NCBI GenBank assembly: GCA_000092065.1
Contig: CP000597.1
From: Ostreococcus lucimarinus
Lineage: Eukaryota
Direction: 5' to 3' (one strand)
DNA length: 64,000 bases
Positions 52,158 to 61,498 of this stretch are shown here, in pieces (position 1 is the stretch's first letter; the number at the start of each line of letters is the position of its first letter). A program made the translations under genes and the position numbers. The notes below the pieces were generated by a model, which did not search any database, was not told the DNA's origin, and was given only the letters and a program-made list of their open reading frames with translations.

Positions 52158-53081
52158 ATGTCCCCGCTCGACCTCGACGCCTGGCTCGCCAAGATCCGCC
52201 GCTGCGAGCCGCTCGAAGAGCACGAACTGAGAAATCTCTGCGCCCGCGTCAAAGAGCTCCTCGTCGAGGAATCCAACGTCCAGAGCGTGCACAGCCCGGT
52301 GACGGTGTGCGGTGACATTCACGGACAGTTTCACGACCTGATGAAACTGCTCGAGACCGGCGGAGAGGTGCCGGGGACGAATTACATTTTCATGGGCGAC
52401 TTCGTCGATCGCGGATACAACAGTCTGGAGTCGTTCACGCTGCTGATGCTGCTGAAAGCGCGCTGGCCCGCGCACGTGACGCTGTTGCGAGGAAATCACG
52501 AGAGCCGACAGATCACGCAGGTGTACGGGTTCTACGATGAGTGTCAGAGGAAGTACGGAAGCGCGAACGCGTGGCGGTGGTGCACGGACGTGTTCGATTA
52601 CTTGGGGTTGGCGTGCGTGATCGATGGGAAGGTGCTGTGCGTGCACGGTGGGTTGAGTCCAGACATACGAACGATTGATCAAGTGCGGACGATCGATCGG
52701 TTGTGCGAGATTCCGCACGAGGGACCGTTTTGTGATTTAATGTGGAGCGACCCGGAGGACATCGAGACGTGGGCGGTGAGCCCGAGAGGGGCGGGGTGGT
52801 TGTTCGGCCGAAGGGTGACGGACGAGTTCAACGAGATAAATGGATTAAACTTGATTTGTAGGGCGCATCAGTTGGTGCAGGAAGGGTTGAAGTACATGTT
52901 TCCGGATAAGAATTTGGTGACGGTTTGGAGCGCGCCGAATTATTGCTACCGGTGCGGCAACGTCGCCTCCATCTTAGCTTTTGACGATAACCTCGATCGC
53001 GAGGTTAAGTATTTCACGGAAACCACCGAAAACTCAACCATGATGGCGCCTCGCGCGACGTTGCCCGGTTATTTCCTATAA
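52158..53081 (+). CDS. serine/threonine protein phosphatase PP6-type catalytic subunit (PPP family; Sit4/FyPP-like)
   Basis: [30 protein letters not shown] and the C-terminal ..GYFL are present. The blocks [33 protein letters not shown] and [13 protein letters not shown] match PP6 better than PP2A or PP4. Confidence 0.85.
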   Translation: MSPLDLDAWLAKIRRCEPLEEHELRNLCARVKELLVEESNVQSVHSPVTVCGDIHGQFHDLMKLLETGGEVPGTNYIFMGDFVDRGYNSLESFTLLMLLKARWPAHVTLLRGNHESRQITQVYGFYDECQRKYGSANAWRWCTDVFDYLGLACVIDGKVLCVHGGLSPDIRTIDQVRTIDRLCEIPHEGPFCDLMWSDPEDIETWAVSPRGAGWLFGRRVTDEFNEINGLNLICRAHQLVQEGLKYMFPDKNLVTVWSAPNYCYRCGNVASILAFDDNLDREVKYFTETTENSTMMAPRATLPGYFL

Positions 53082-53328
53082 CCCCGGCGGCGCTATCGGC
53101 GACCGACGGAGCGAACGAACGAACGAGGCGACGCCGTTCGTCATCCCTAGCGTGAAACTTATTAGCGGGTTGTACTGTGACCACACAGCGAGTAGCACAC
53201 AAAACACTACAGTATACGATGTTCGGTATTTTACATCCTCGCGCGATCGACGCGTCGTTTTCGCGATCCCGCGGCTTTTTCGCCTCTCAGCCGCCGCGTC
53301 CCGCCCTCGCGTTCCCGCGACCTCGCCC

Positions 53329-53727
53329 TCACGCCCCGCCCCCGTGTTTGCGCTCCTTCAGCGTCAACTTCGCTCGCAAGTTCTTCAATTCCTTCGCCGT
53401 CGCCTTATCGAGCGTTCCCTTCGCCTCCTCCGCGCTCAGCGCGTCCACCTTGGCTCGCAGTTCCACAAACTTTTGATAGTCCGCGCCGCGATTCCGCGCG
53501 ATCGGCGCCCGTCGCGCCGGTCGGCTCTTGCTGCGAAACGCGCTCAGTCCCGAGACGCCGTACCGTCCGCGACTGCCGCCCTTGGCGAGCTTTTGCCGCT
53601 GAATCTTCCCCGCCATCGTCGACGCGACGCGGCACTGTGTGGCGGCCGCCGTCCCGTCGCGCGAGCGTCGCGCGCGATGCCCGCGTGCTGTCGAGGCGTG
53701 GGACGATCCGGAATTGCTCTTACCCAT
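53329..53727 (-). CDS. small basic hypothetical protein with a C-terminal coiled coil
   Basis: 132 aa, ATG at 53727. Lys/Arg-rich, with the C-terminal region YQKFVELRAKVDALSAEEAKGTLDKATAKELKNLRAKL. No family recognised. It could be a ribosome or nucleolus-associated factor. Confidence 0.4.
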   Translation of the reverse strand: MGKSNSGSSHASTARGHRARRSRDGTAAATQCRVASTMAGKIQRQKLAKGGSRGRYGVSGLSAFRSKSRPARRAPIARNRGADYQKFVELRAKVDALSAEEAKGTLDKATAKELKNLRAKLTLKERKHGGGA

Positions 53728-53790
53728 GGTGTGAGACCTCGTGTTGCGCGTGTCTAGTTAGAGTTGTATTTACATGCTTCATCTATTGCG

Positions 53791-56700
53791 CTACGTGACG
53801 GTGATGATGAATGGCGCGTTGCGGGCATCCGTCGGAACGGCGACGCGAGCGCCGTCGGTGGCTCGCGAGACCGAGGATATGGACATCGATCCCGGCGTCG
53901 CGGAGGGCGCGGGCGCAGTTTCGGTCCAGCTCAGCGTGTAACCATCTAAAATGTGATCGCCTTTGGCGAAACACGCGATGGTGAGGGGGAAATTGAAAAC
54001 CGCGCCAGGGGCGACGTTTTTGGCGACGCGGCGCACTGGGCCAACCCACACAATAGGTTTGCCAGGCGGCAGGGGAATCGGCCGTCGGCGCTTGTCCTCG
54101 CTTGTGGGTAGCGTTTCTCGGTTTTGCCACGCGTTCTTATCGATTTCCAGAGACCAGCCGCCGCTTTCAACGTTGGCGGGCGCCGATGACGTCGCGTCGG
54201 CGACAAAGACAATGTCGAGCGCGTCGTCGGATTCGTTCCGAGCGCTCAAGGTGACGGATGAGTACGTCATGTTACCTGGCGCCGTCTCGTCGAGCTTAAT
54301 CGTGCTAGCATAATTGATTGTCCAGGTCACCTTGCTTTTCAGCTCGTTGGGTGTGCGGGTAGTATCCGTGCACCGCGTGAGCTCGACGACGTTGCGTACG
54401 TGCTGCGCGCCGACGACATCTCCACCCTTCAACGACCATGTTATCATCAAACCATCCGTGATCGCTTCGTTGCGCACTTTCAACGCACGTTTTGCATCGT
54501 TCTTTTTGAATGAATTGTGAAACGCAAACAAGGGTTTCGCGCTTTCTTCCGGGATGGCGTCCACAAAGTTGAGCAGTTCCTTCGCGTTTGCCTCCTCGCT
54601 CGGCGAACATTTTATGAGCGTCTCGATCGTCTCCCCGGGAGCAATCAATCGCGGTGCCGTGGCGTGCTTCATGAGAGGTATCAGTTCGTACTTCACGCGA
54701 TCTTTGCTCGATCCAAGCCGCACGCTTCCGAGTTTGAAGATATCCGTTTGCTCTCGCCCACTCGCAATGGACAATCGAATGACTCGCGCCAACGGATGCG
54801 AAGGCGACGGTATCGTCATCGCGCTCACGCGCATGGAAGGTGTGACCTCCACGCTTTCAAAGATACGAATCGTACGATAGCGCAATAACTTTGGCGCTGG
54901 AGGTTCGGGCTGATAGCACACGCAGATGCGCACAGCGGTGCGACCGACGGCGTTTGGATGAAACCACAGTGGCCAGCGAATCGTTGACCCAGACTCGAGC
55001 GTCTCCCAAGCAGGCAGCGCGTAGATCACACCATCGCTATCTACGACGTCATCGTCCCCACCGTCACCATCACCGCGATTTATCGAGTCTCTTTCGAGAT
55101 CCTCTCGACTCGAATTACGCTTCACGGTCGGTTCGGTCACGGGCACGTGAGACGCGTCAACTGGACGGAGAACGGATCTCGGCAAACGCACCCGGATCCA
55201 TTTTGCCATCGGTTGCGTGACGTTGGAGATGACTAAGTCTATTCTCTGCAGAGCGCCATCCATTGAGCGCTTGGGGACGCCTTCGAGCGTGCCATCACAT
55301 CTTGGCACCGTCTCGCAAACGTTAAACACCAACCGTTTGTGCTTTGTGACGTCGCGTAACCACTCGCCGTTTGCCCCACGACGCGTTCGAGGCGCACTGA
55401 CATCGAAGTATCGACGGCCGTGTAGCACCCGTTTCGACCCCACGGTCCACGCCACGCCTGACACGCGTAAGACACCCGAAGCGCTCGGCGTGATGGTGAG
55501 CCGAATCGTTTGCTCTGACTGCGGCGCGAAAACTTTATTCTCCACCTTTGCTCGCACGAGTGCGTCCGAAGTCTCGCCGCGGTCGTTTGATACTAACGTC
55601 CCATTCGATGGCGTAAACTCCCACAGCAAACGCAGATTATTCACGTCCAAAGGCAAGCGGAGTGGATTCTTCAAATCGACGTCTATTTTCACGTCTTCGC
55701 CGGAGGCGCACACTGCTGTTTGCTCGATCTCAATCGTGCGAGGACCACCACTCAGCCAATTCGCTCCCGGTGCGGCCGCAAGCAAGTTCTGTGGGATAAC
55801 TCCACCCCGTTCAATGGCGCTCCACGCTTCTTCACCGTGATCAGAAGTCGATTCGCTCGACTCACGATCGTCCGCAAATATCACTTTGACTTTTTGGACG
55901 TTCATTTCGGGCAAGGGACACGCCAGCTCGTCGTCTTTCGCGTTGCGCTGCTCCGCGGGCACTTCACTCGCGTATTTCGCAGCGAATTCTTCGAGCGCAT
56001 CGATACGAACGGTTTGTGCGTCGGCCGGTAAATATGCCGCACACCCCACCGCGTCTCTGAAAAACTCCAGCGCCGCTTTCGTGTGTCCGATGTTCGCCAC
56101 GAGACGACCGAGGGTGGTGTTCAAGTGCTCTAATGCCGCACTCCAGCCATACTCGTTCGACACCGGCAGAGCGAAGGAGTAGCATCGAGTCGCAGCCGCT
56201 ATAGCGCCCGCACGCACGTACCTCGCGCCGGCTAAAATCATGTACGACGCGAATTTGCGCACCATAGGAGGGTGACAGCGGACGAACGCGAACGCGGCGC
56301 GCTCAAGCAAGAGTGCCGCTCGCAGATCGGAGTGTACAAATGCAGACGCCGAAACAAGTGGCGCGTGCGCTTCCCGATACGCACCGATGGCTGTCAGCGC
56401 CTTGGCATGTTCCACCGCCGAACGCGCCTTCAACATCTCGACGTGCGCTAGATGCAAATCACCAACCCCACCGATCGTTTCGTACTTCAACAGACTCGTC
56501 ATCGCGCTGTCATATGCGTGGTTGATGTCTTTTTTCAAATCCGCCTTATTGCGCAAATGACGAGTCGCTACGTACACGTGCGCCATGGCTTCGTACGAAC
56601 TCGCCAATCGCTTCCACGCACTTTGCGATTTGTAATCCGAATGTACGAGCTTGAAATTCGCCAACGCAGTGTCGTAATCGCCGAGCATGAACGCTAAATC

Positions 56701-57813
56701 TCCGGCGAGCCGAATTTGTCCCTCGGGCGATCGATGGCCTTGTTCGCCATCTCGATGTGCCGTCGCCGTCGCCGTGCTTCGTCCCCAAAAGGTCTTGAAT
56801 TGATTTCTTAAACCTTTTCTCGTGTTGTAAATCTGTGTCGATAGCGCGAAGAGCTTTCGCTCCATGTGTGGAAGTAAGGTTTTCGTTACGAACACTCGCA
56901 CGTACGTTTTTGCCCGATCGACGTCTTCCAAGCTCATGTAACGCCCCATGGTTTTACTCGCCTCGTTCGCCACGCCCGCGCGCTCAGCCGCGGCGCGGGA
57001 AATAACCGTTTCCCTATGCTCGTTCCAATCGACCCCAGACGCGCACGTGCCTTCGAGATCGGAATTCAGTGTCAATAGTTCGCAGTCCCAGGCCCCTGTC
57101 TGACGCACGCGCTGCAACAAAGCCTCCGCTTCTTCCTTTGTCGTCGCTCCATCTCTCGCGTCCCACACGAGCACCTTCCCGAAACACGTCTCTGGATCCG
57201 CTCCACCCGTGGCGAACACCGGCAGTCGCAAAAACTGCTGTTTTAAGTCCTCGAATGATTGTAGCACGTCCTCGTACGAAGATTTTCCCGCGCGCACGCA
57301 AAGAATCGCTCCGAGCGCGTGATCAAACGCCTCGCACTCGTTAAACGCCGTCGCCCGCTCGTTCGCGTCAAAGAATTTCTCAAACCTCCCGCTCGTCTCC
57401 GCCTCCGTTCTCGCTCGTCGCACGCACGCATCACCCGTCTCTCGTCGCGCCCGTCCGCACGTATCGTCGGTCATGGTCGAAACATCGAAGCATTCGCTCG
57501 CGACGGCGTCCCGGCCGCGCGCTTCCGCGTCGTCCCGCGTCGCCGACGTCGCCCCCGAATCGCTCTTAAACCGCACCTCTAGCGCCCGCACGCTCAGCGC
57601 TCGCTGCGGGTTCTCCGCGTCCGCGCGCACGACGACGTTCAGGTCGTCGACGACGCGAAACGGGCGCAAAACGTCGACGAGTCTGGGGACATCCAGCGCC
57701 GCGCTCAAACTTTCGCGCGCGCGCGCATCGTCGTCGGGCGTGAGCACGACCACGCACGGCGCGCGCCGCGCGCGTTGGCGTTCGATGTACGCCGCGACGT
57801 CGCGCGGGTCCAT
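53791..57813 (-). CDS. TRAPP complex subunit 8-like (TRS85/TRAPPC8) large protein
   Basis: 1340 aa, ATG at 57813. The TPR-like block QIRLAGDLAFMLGDYDTALANFKLVHSDYKSQSAWKRLASSYEAMAHVYVA resembles the conserved TRS85 motif. The gene has reduced GC (about 50-55%). Confidence 0.55.
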   Translation of the reverse strand: MDPRDVAAYIERQRARRAPCVVVLTPDDDARARESLSAALDVPRLVDVLRPFRVVDDLNVVVRADAENPQRALSVRALEVRFKSDSGATSATRDDAEARGRDAVASECFDVSTMTDDTCGRARRETGDACVRRARTEAETSGRFEKFFDANERATAFNECEAFDHALGAILCVRAGKSSYEDVLQSFEDLKQQFLRLPVFATGGADPETCFGKVLVWDARDGATTKEEAEALLQRVRQTGAWDCELLTLNSDLEGTCASGVDWNEHRETVISRAAAERAGVANEASKTMGRYMSLEDVDRAKTYVRVFVTKTLLPHMERKLFALSTQIYNTRKGLRNQFKTFWGRSTATATAHRDGEQGHRSPEGQIRLAGDLAFMLGDYDTALANFKLVHSDYKSQSAWKRLASSYEAMAHVYVATRHLRNKADLKKDINHAYDSAMTSLLKYETIGGVGDLHLAHVEMLKARSAVEHAKALTAIGAYREAHAPLVSASAFVHSDLRAALLLERAAFAFVRCHPPMVRKFASYMILAGARYVRAGAIAAATRCYSFALPVSNEYGWSAALEHLNTTLGRLVANIGHTKAALEFFRDAVGCAAYLPADAQTVRIDALEEFAAKYASEVPAEQRNAKDDELACPLPEMNVQKVKVIFADDRESSESTSDHGEEAWSAIERGGVIPQNLLAAAPGANWLSGGPRTIEIEQTAVCASGEDVKIDVDLKNPLRLPLDVNNLRLLWEFTPSNGTLVSNDRGETSDALVRAKVENKVFAPQSEQTIRLTITPSASGVLRVSGVAWTVGSKRVLHGRRYFDVSAPRTRRGANGEWLRDVTKHKRLVFNVCETVPRCDGTLEGVPKRSMDGALQRIDLVISNVTQPMAKWIRVRLPRSVLRPVDASHVPVTEPTVKRNSSREDLERDSINRGDGDGGDDDVVDSDGVIYALPAWETLESGSTIRWPLWFHPNAVGRTAVRICVCYQPEPPAPKLLRYRTIRIFESVEVTPSMRVSAMTIPSPSHPLARVIRLSIASGREQTDIFKLGSVRLGSSKDRVKYELIPLMKHATAPRLIAPGETIETLIKCSPSEEANAKELLNFVDAIPEESAKPLFAFHNSFKKNDAKRALKVRNEAITDGLMITWSLKGGDVVGAQHVRNVVELTRCTDTTRTPNELKSKVTWTINYASTIKLDETAPGNMTYSSVTLSARNESDDALDIVFVADATSSAPANVESGGWSLEIDKNAWQNRETLPTSEDKRRRPIPLPPGKPIVWVGPVRRVAKNVAPGAVFNFPLTIACFAKGDHILDGYTLSWTETAPAPSATPGSMSISSVSRATDGARVAVPTDARNAPFIITVT

Positions 57814-58039
57814 GCGCGCGATCGACGACGCGCGAGCGCGTGACGACGTGTGCGGAGGGCGGTTGGCTGTTGGTTGTCACCCCGCAGCGTCGCTAATGTT
57901 TGAGTTCGCGCGCGCGTGCGCGGTCGATCGCGACCGAGCGTCGATCGAGGCGATCGAAATTATTTTCATCTCTTGGATCGCGCGCTTTCAACGCGAAATC
58001 GACGGATCTCGGGCGGTTTCGATCGCATCATTGGACGTA

Positions 58040-58079
58040 CCAACATGTGACGGCCAACATGTGACGGGACGTGTGACCG
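58040..58079. promoter_or_regulatory. tandemly repeated motif CCAACATGTGACGG x2 followed by GACGTGTGACCG, ending 18 bp upstream of the FMO ATG
   Basis: Direct repeat read from the sequence. It contains CATGTG/CACGTG-like E-box/G-box-related cores. Confidence 0.35.
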
Positions 58080-58097
58080 CACATTTACGCGCGCACG

Positions 58098-59801
58098 ATG
58101 CGATTTCTCGACGACCGCGAGTTCCCGACGACGCAAGACGCGTTATTGTTTTACGCCGCGTTCGTCCTGGCTTGGGCTGTCTTTTTACCGCCGGTGTTTT
58201 GGGTATGCGTCGAGCTCGCTCGAGCCTTGTGCCTCTGCTGCAAGTACATCGCGTTCGCGTTCGCGGCGATGTTTCCAGCGTGGTGCGTCATGGCGTACGT
58301 GAACGCGAAAAAAATGCGCGAGTCGGTTCCGCTTGGTGTGCGTCGAAAGACTGTCGGCGAAGCGGATCCGCTCCAGGGGCGATCGAACGGTGCGAAAAGG
58401 CTATGCATCGTCGGCGCCGGCGCCGCCGGCTTGTGCGCGACGAGAGCAGCGTTACGCCGCGGGTTCAAGGTGTGCACTTACGAGAAAAGCGACTCGCCGG
58501 GAGGCGTCTGGGCTTACGGGCGGCGATCAGGCAAAGTTTTCAACTCTGTTTTACAAAACGTGACGAAGATGGCGAATTGTTTCGCGGACTATCCCGCGCC
58601 CCGATCTTTTCCGGCCTACGTTGGATGGCGGAAAACGATGGAGTACCTCTGCGGCTACGCTGCGGCTTTTCAGTTAACTTCAGTGATTGAACTGAACGCG
58701 GAGGTGATCAGTGTCGAAAAATGCGCGAACGGCGAGTTCGAAGTGACGATCGCGAGCGGGACGCCGCGGAAAGACTCGAACCTCTCGCATCGCGTGGAGA
58801 GGTTCGACTTCGTGTGGGTCGCGTCCGGGCAATTGACCAAACCCGAGACTCCGGTGGTGCGCGGGTTGGATTCTTTCACGGGCGACGTGATGCACTCGAG
58901 TGAATACACCGAGCCGACGTCGTTTCTCAATCGTCACGTGCTCGTCGTCGGGCTCGGTGCCGCGAGCGGATCGGACATCGCGCAGGATCTTTCGACGACG
59001 GCTGCGTCGGTGACCCTGAGCATTCGCACCGAGCGATACGTCATGAGTCGTGGGTTGAAGCATGGCATAGCCACGTTTTTGAATTGGATATCGCTATTCA
59101 CGCCCGCTTGGCTCGGCGTCGTTGGATACACGTATTTCGATTGGTGGCCGTGTGTTCACAGGATCTCCCCGGGCGTGACTGATTCGGGCGATTTGCTCAA
59201 AGAGTTTGCGCTACAACGCATCAAGCGGGCCACACTCGTCGATCGAATTCAAGGACGCGAAGTATTCTTCGTCGACGGCACGAGTGGAAAGTTTGATGCG
59301 ATCATTTTCGCCACTGGGTACCGGCGCGAGTTCAACTTTATGGCGGAAAATCTCCGACCGACGAGCGGATTGTTCGAGCACTGCGTGCTGCCTACAGAGC
59401 CGCGCGTCGGGTACATTCTATTCGTTCTACCCTTCGGCACGCACTGGCAAGTCGCCGAGTTGCAAGCGAATTACCTCGCCCGCGTGCACGATGGGACGAT
59501 TCCACTGCCTTCGATTGAAACAATGTCCGTGCTCGCCGAACGATTCCAGACGAGCTCGCACCACGAACACTTCGCCGAGTACTTCAGAATGAAGTACCTG
59601 TTTCTACTCGCGCCGTACATCTTCCCAAAGCTTGAGACGCTTTTACGACAACCGCGGCTTTTGATGCGAATCTTGTGGTCGCCGTACGTCGCACCGCCGT
59701 GCGAGTGGGCGAGCGAATCGTGGCGAGATCGTACGGCGTACGGCGACGCCCGCGGGCACATGAGCGTCAAATGGAACAAGTTTCGCTGGAATAGATGGTG
59801 A
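58098..59801 (+). CDS. flavin-containing monooxygenase (FMO; FAD/NADPH-binding) with an N-terminal membrane anchor
   Basis: ATG at 58098. FAD motif CIVGAGAAGLCATRAAL, FMO motif FTGDVMHSSEY, NADPH motif VVGLGAASGSD, and ATGYR near the C-terminus. Confidence 0.85.
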   Translation: MRFLDDREFPTTQDALLFYAAFVLAWAVFLPPVFWVCVELARALCLCCKYIAFAFAAMFPAWCVMAYVNAKKMRESVPLGVRRKTVGEADPLQGRSNGAKRLCIVGAGAAGLCATRAALRRGFKVCTYEKSDSPGGVWAYGRRSGKVFNSVLQNVTKMANCFADYPAPRSFPAYVGWRKTMEYLCGYAAAFQLTSVIELNAEVISVEKCANGEFEVTIASGTPRKDSNLSHRVERFDFVWVASGQLTKPETPVVRGLDSFTGDVMHSSEYTEPTSFLNRHVLVVGLGAASGSDIAQDLSTTAASVTLSIRTERYVMSRGLKHGIATFLNWISLFTPAWLGVVGYTYFDWWPCVHRISPGVTDSGDLLKEFALQRIKRATLVDRIQGREVFFVDGTSGKFDAIIFATGYRREFNFMAENLRPTSGLFEHCVLPTEPRVGYILFVLPFGTHWQVAELQANYLARVHDGTIPLPSIETMSVLAERFQTSSHHEHFAEYFRMKYLFLLAPYIFPKLETLLRQPRLLMRILWSPYVAPPCEWASESWRDRTAYGDARGHMSVKWNKFRWNRW

Positions 59802-59820
59802 TTTGTGATCACAATGCGCG

Positions 59821-59954
59821 CTACGGCATATCACTCATCTCTATCTGCGCGTCGATCGACACGTCGTCCTCGAGCCGCTGCCACTGTCTACGGCATATCA
59901 CTCATCTCTATCTGCGCGTCGATCGACACGTCGTCCTCGAGCCGCTGCCACTGT
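59821..59954. repeat. perfect tandem duplication of a 67-bp unit (59821-59887 and 59888-59954)
   Basis: ctacggcatatcactcatctctatctgcgcgtcgatcgacacgtcgtcctcgagccgctgccactgt occurs twice in direct succession. The copies encode the last 15 or so codons and the stop of the minus-strand aspartic protease. Confidence 0.9.
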
Positions 59955-61498
59955 CTTTCGTTGCCTCTCGACGCCCACGTAAACGCGTTCGCAAACACGT
60001 CAGACCTTTGTAGCTTCTTTGAACCGAAGCAAACGCCTATAATCGCTACGATTAACGCCCCTAGTGAAACAAACACCTCCGTCAATGCGTCTCCACCGCC
60101 GCTCGGCGTAGATGAATTCGACGGCGTCGGCTCGGGGGAATCGTGGGTGTACTTTTCTCGTAGTCGCCTGCAATTCGCCGGCGCCATACCTACGCGAGAG
60201 TTCGCGACATCAAACTCCATGAGCGTATCGCGCATGGTGATTTGCCCTAATAAAATCTGATTATTTGGATTCGCAAAAATACCCACACAAAACGCCGCCG
60301 AGTTCGTCTCGTGCGCGAAGAGATAATTCTCCGGCCCGAGCGTCAACGAAACTCCGCCTTCGTACGCGATCGTGAGCGGCGGGAACCACTCGCTCACGGT
60401 GCTTTGACTCAACGTCATGTTCATCGCCGCCGCGGAAACGCCGTAGCACACGTCGTCGTACTGTGGATCTGGTCCCGCGACGATCTCTAGTCCCGCCTGC
60501 GTCGCCTGCGTGTCCAATCGCGTCTTGAAGCTGACCCACACACTTCGCGGAACGAACGTAAACGTCGTCCCCGAATCCAGCGTCGTCGTGTACGAGTTTA
60601 AATGCTCGATCAAACTATCGCCCAGCTTCCACGAACTCGTTCGTACGTTGTGAAACGCGGGATTGGCGGGATCCGCGACCAACGGCGTCCGCGCCAACGC
60701 CGGCGCGTCGGCGCCGAAATCAAACCTCCCGAGCGTCAACACCCCCCCATTCGCCCCGAACCCCTCGACGCAGAACGAAAACACATTTTCAATCAATCCC
60801 GCGCTCGCCAATTGCGCGTGCACCGTCGCCGTTCCCCGTCCGAATCCAAACAATCCGTCCGCCTTTTGCTCGTAAATCGCGTTCGTCTCCGCCTCCTCGC
60901 ACCCGAACGCCAACATCGCGCTCAACGTCCCCTCCCCCAGTCGCACTCTGTCCCGCACGACGTACCCACGACTCGAGCTCCCCTCCGCGTAACTCACGAC
61001 GTACGAACACCTCCCATCGCTCTGACACGTCCCCTTCATCGTCTCCTCGCAAAGCGTCGCGTCGCTCGCCTCGCCGCAGTCCAACCTCTCGAATTCCATC
61101 GACCGATCGTAATCGTAATACCCGTGCGCGTGCTCCCCGCACCGCGCGCATCCCTTACACGGCACGTACGTCCGCGCGCTTCCCGTGTCGACGATCAAAT
61201 CGTACGTCTGTCCATCCGCGAGCGCGTACTCGGCGACGAGCGTCCCCGTCCCGAGCACGCCGCCGCGCAGTCGCGTCGCCGCGCTCGCCGTCGCCGCCGT
61301 CGATCGCGCGCGCGCGCTCGGACGCGCGTCGCGCTCGATCGTCGTCCGTCGCATCGCCGTCGCGACGCCTCCGCCGCGCGCGACGCATCGCGCGCGCGCG
61401 ACGCACGCGCACAAGATGACGCATCGCAGCGCGACCGCGCGCGTCCCGTCGACGCGTTTGGCGCGCGCGCGCGCCGCGCGCGACGCCGCGCGCGCCAT
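59888..61498 (-). CDS. pepsin-like (A1 family) aspartic peptidase with an N-terminal signal/presequence and a C-terminal transmembrane anchor
   Basis: ATG at 61498. The catalytic motifs are LIVDTGSARTYV and TTLDSGTTFTFV. There are multiple Cys pairs and a C-terminal hydrophobic helix LGALIVAIIGVCF. Confidence 0.8.
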   Translation of the reverse strand: MARAASRAARARAKRVDGTRAVALRCVILCACVARARCVARGGGVATAMRRTTIERDARPSARARSTAATASAATRLRGGVLGTGTLVAEYALADGQTYDLIVDTGSARTYVPCKGCARCGEHAHGYYDYDRSMEFERLDCGEASDATLCEETMKGTCQSDGRCSYVVSYAEGSSSRGYVVRDRVRLGEGTLSAMLAFGCEEAETNAIYEQKADGLFGFGRGTATVHAQLASAGLIENVFSFCVEGFGANGGVLTLGRFDFGADAPALARTPLVADPANPAFHNVRTSSWKLGDSLIEHLNSYTTTLDSGTTFTFVPRSVWVSFKTRLDTQATQAGLEIVAGPDPQYDDVCYGVSAAAMNMTLSQSTVSEWFPPLTIAYEGGVSLTLGPENYLFAHETNSAAFCVGIFANPNNQILLGQITMRDTLMEFDVANSRVGMAPANCRRLREKYTHDSPEPTPSNSSTPSGGGDALTEVFVSLGALIVAIIGVCFGSKKLQRSDVFANAFTWASRGNERQWQRLEDDVSIDAQIEMSDMP

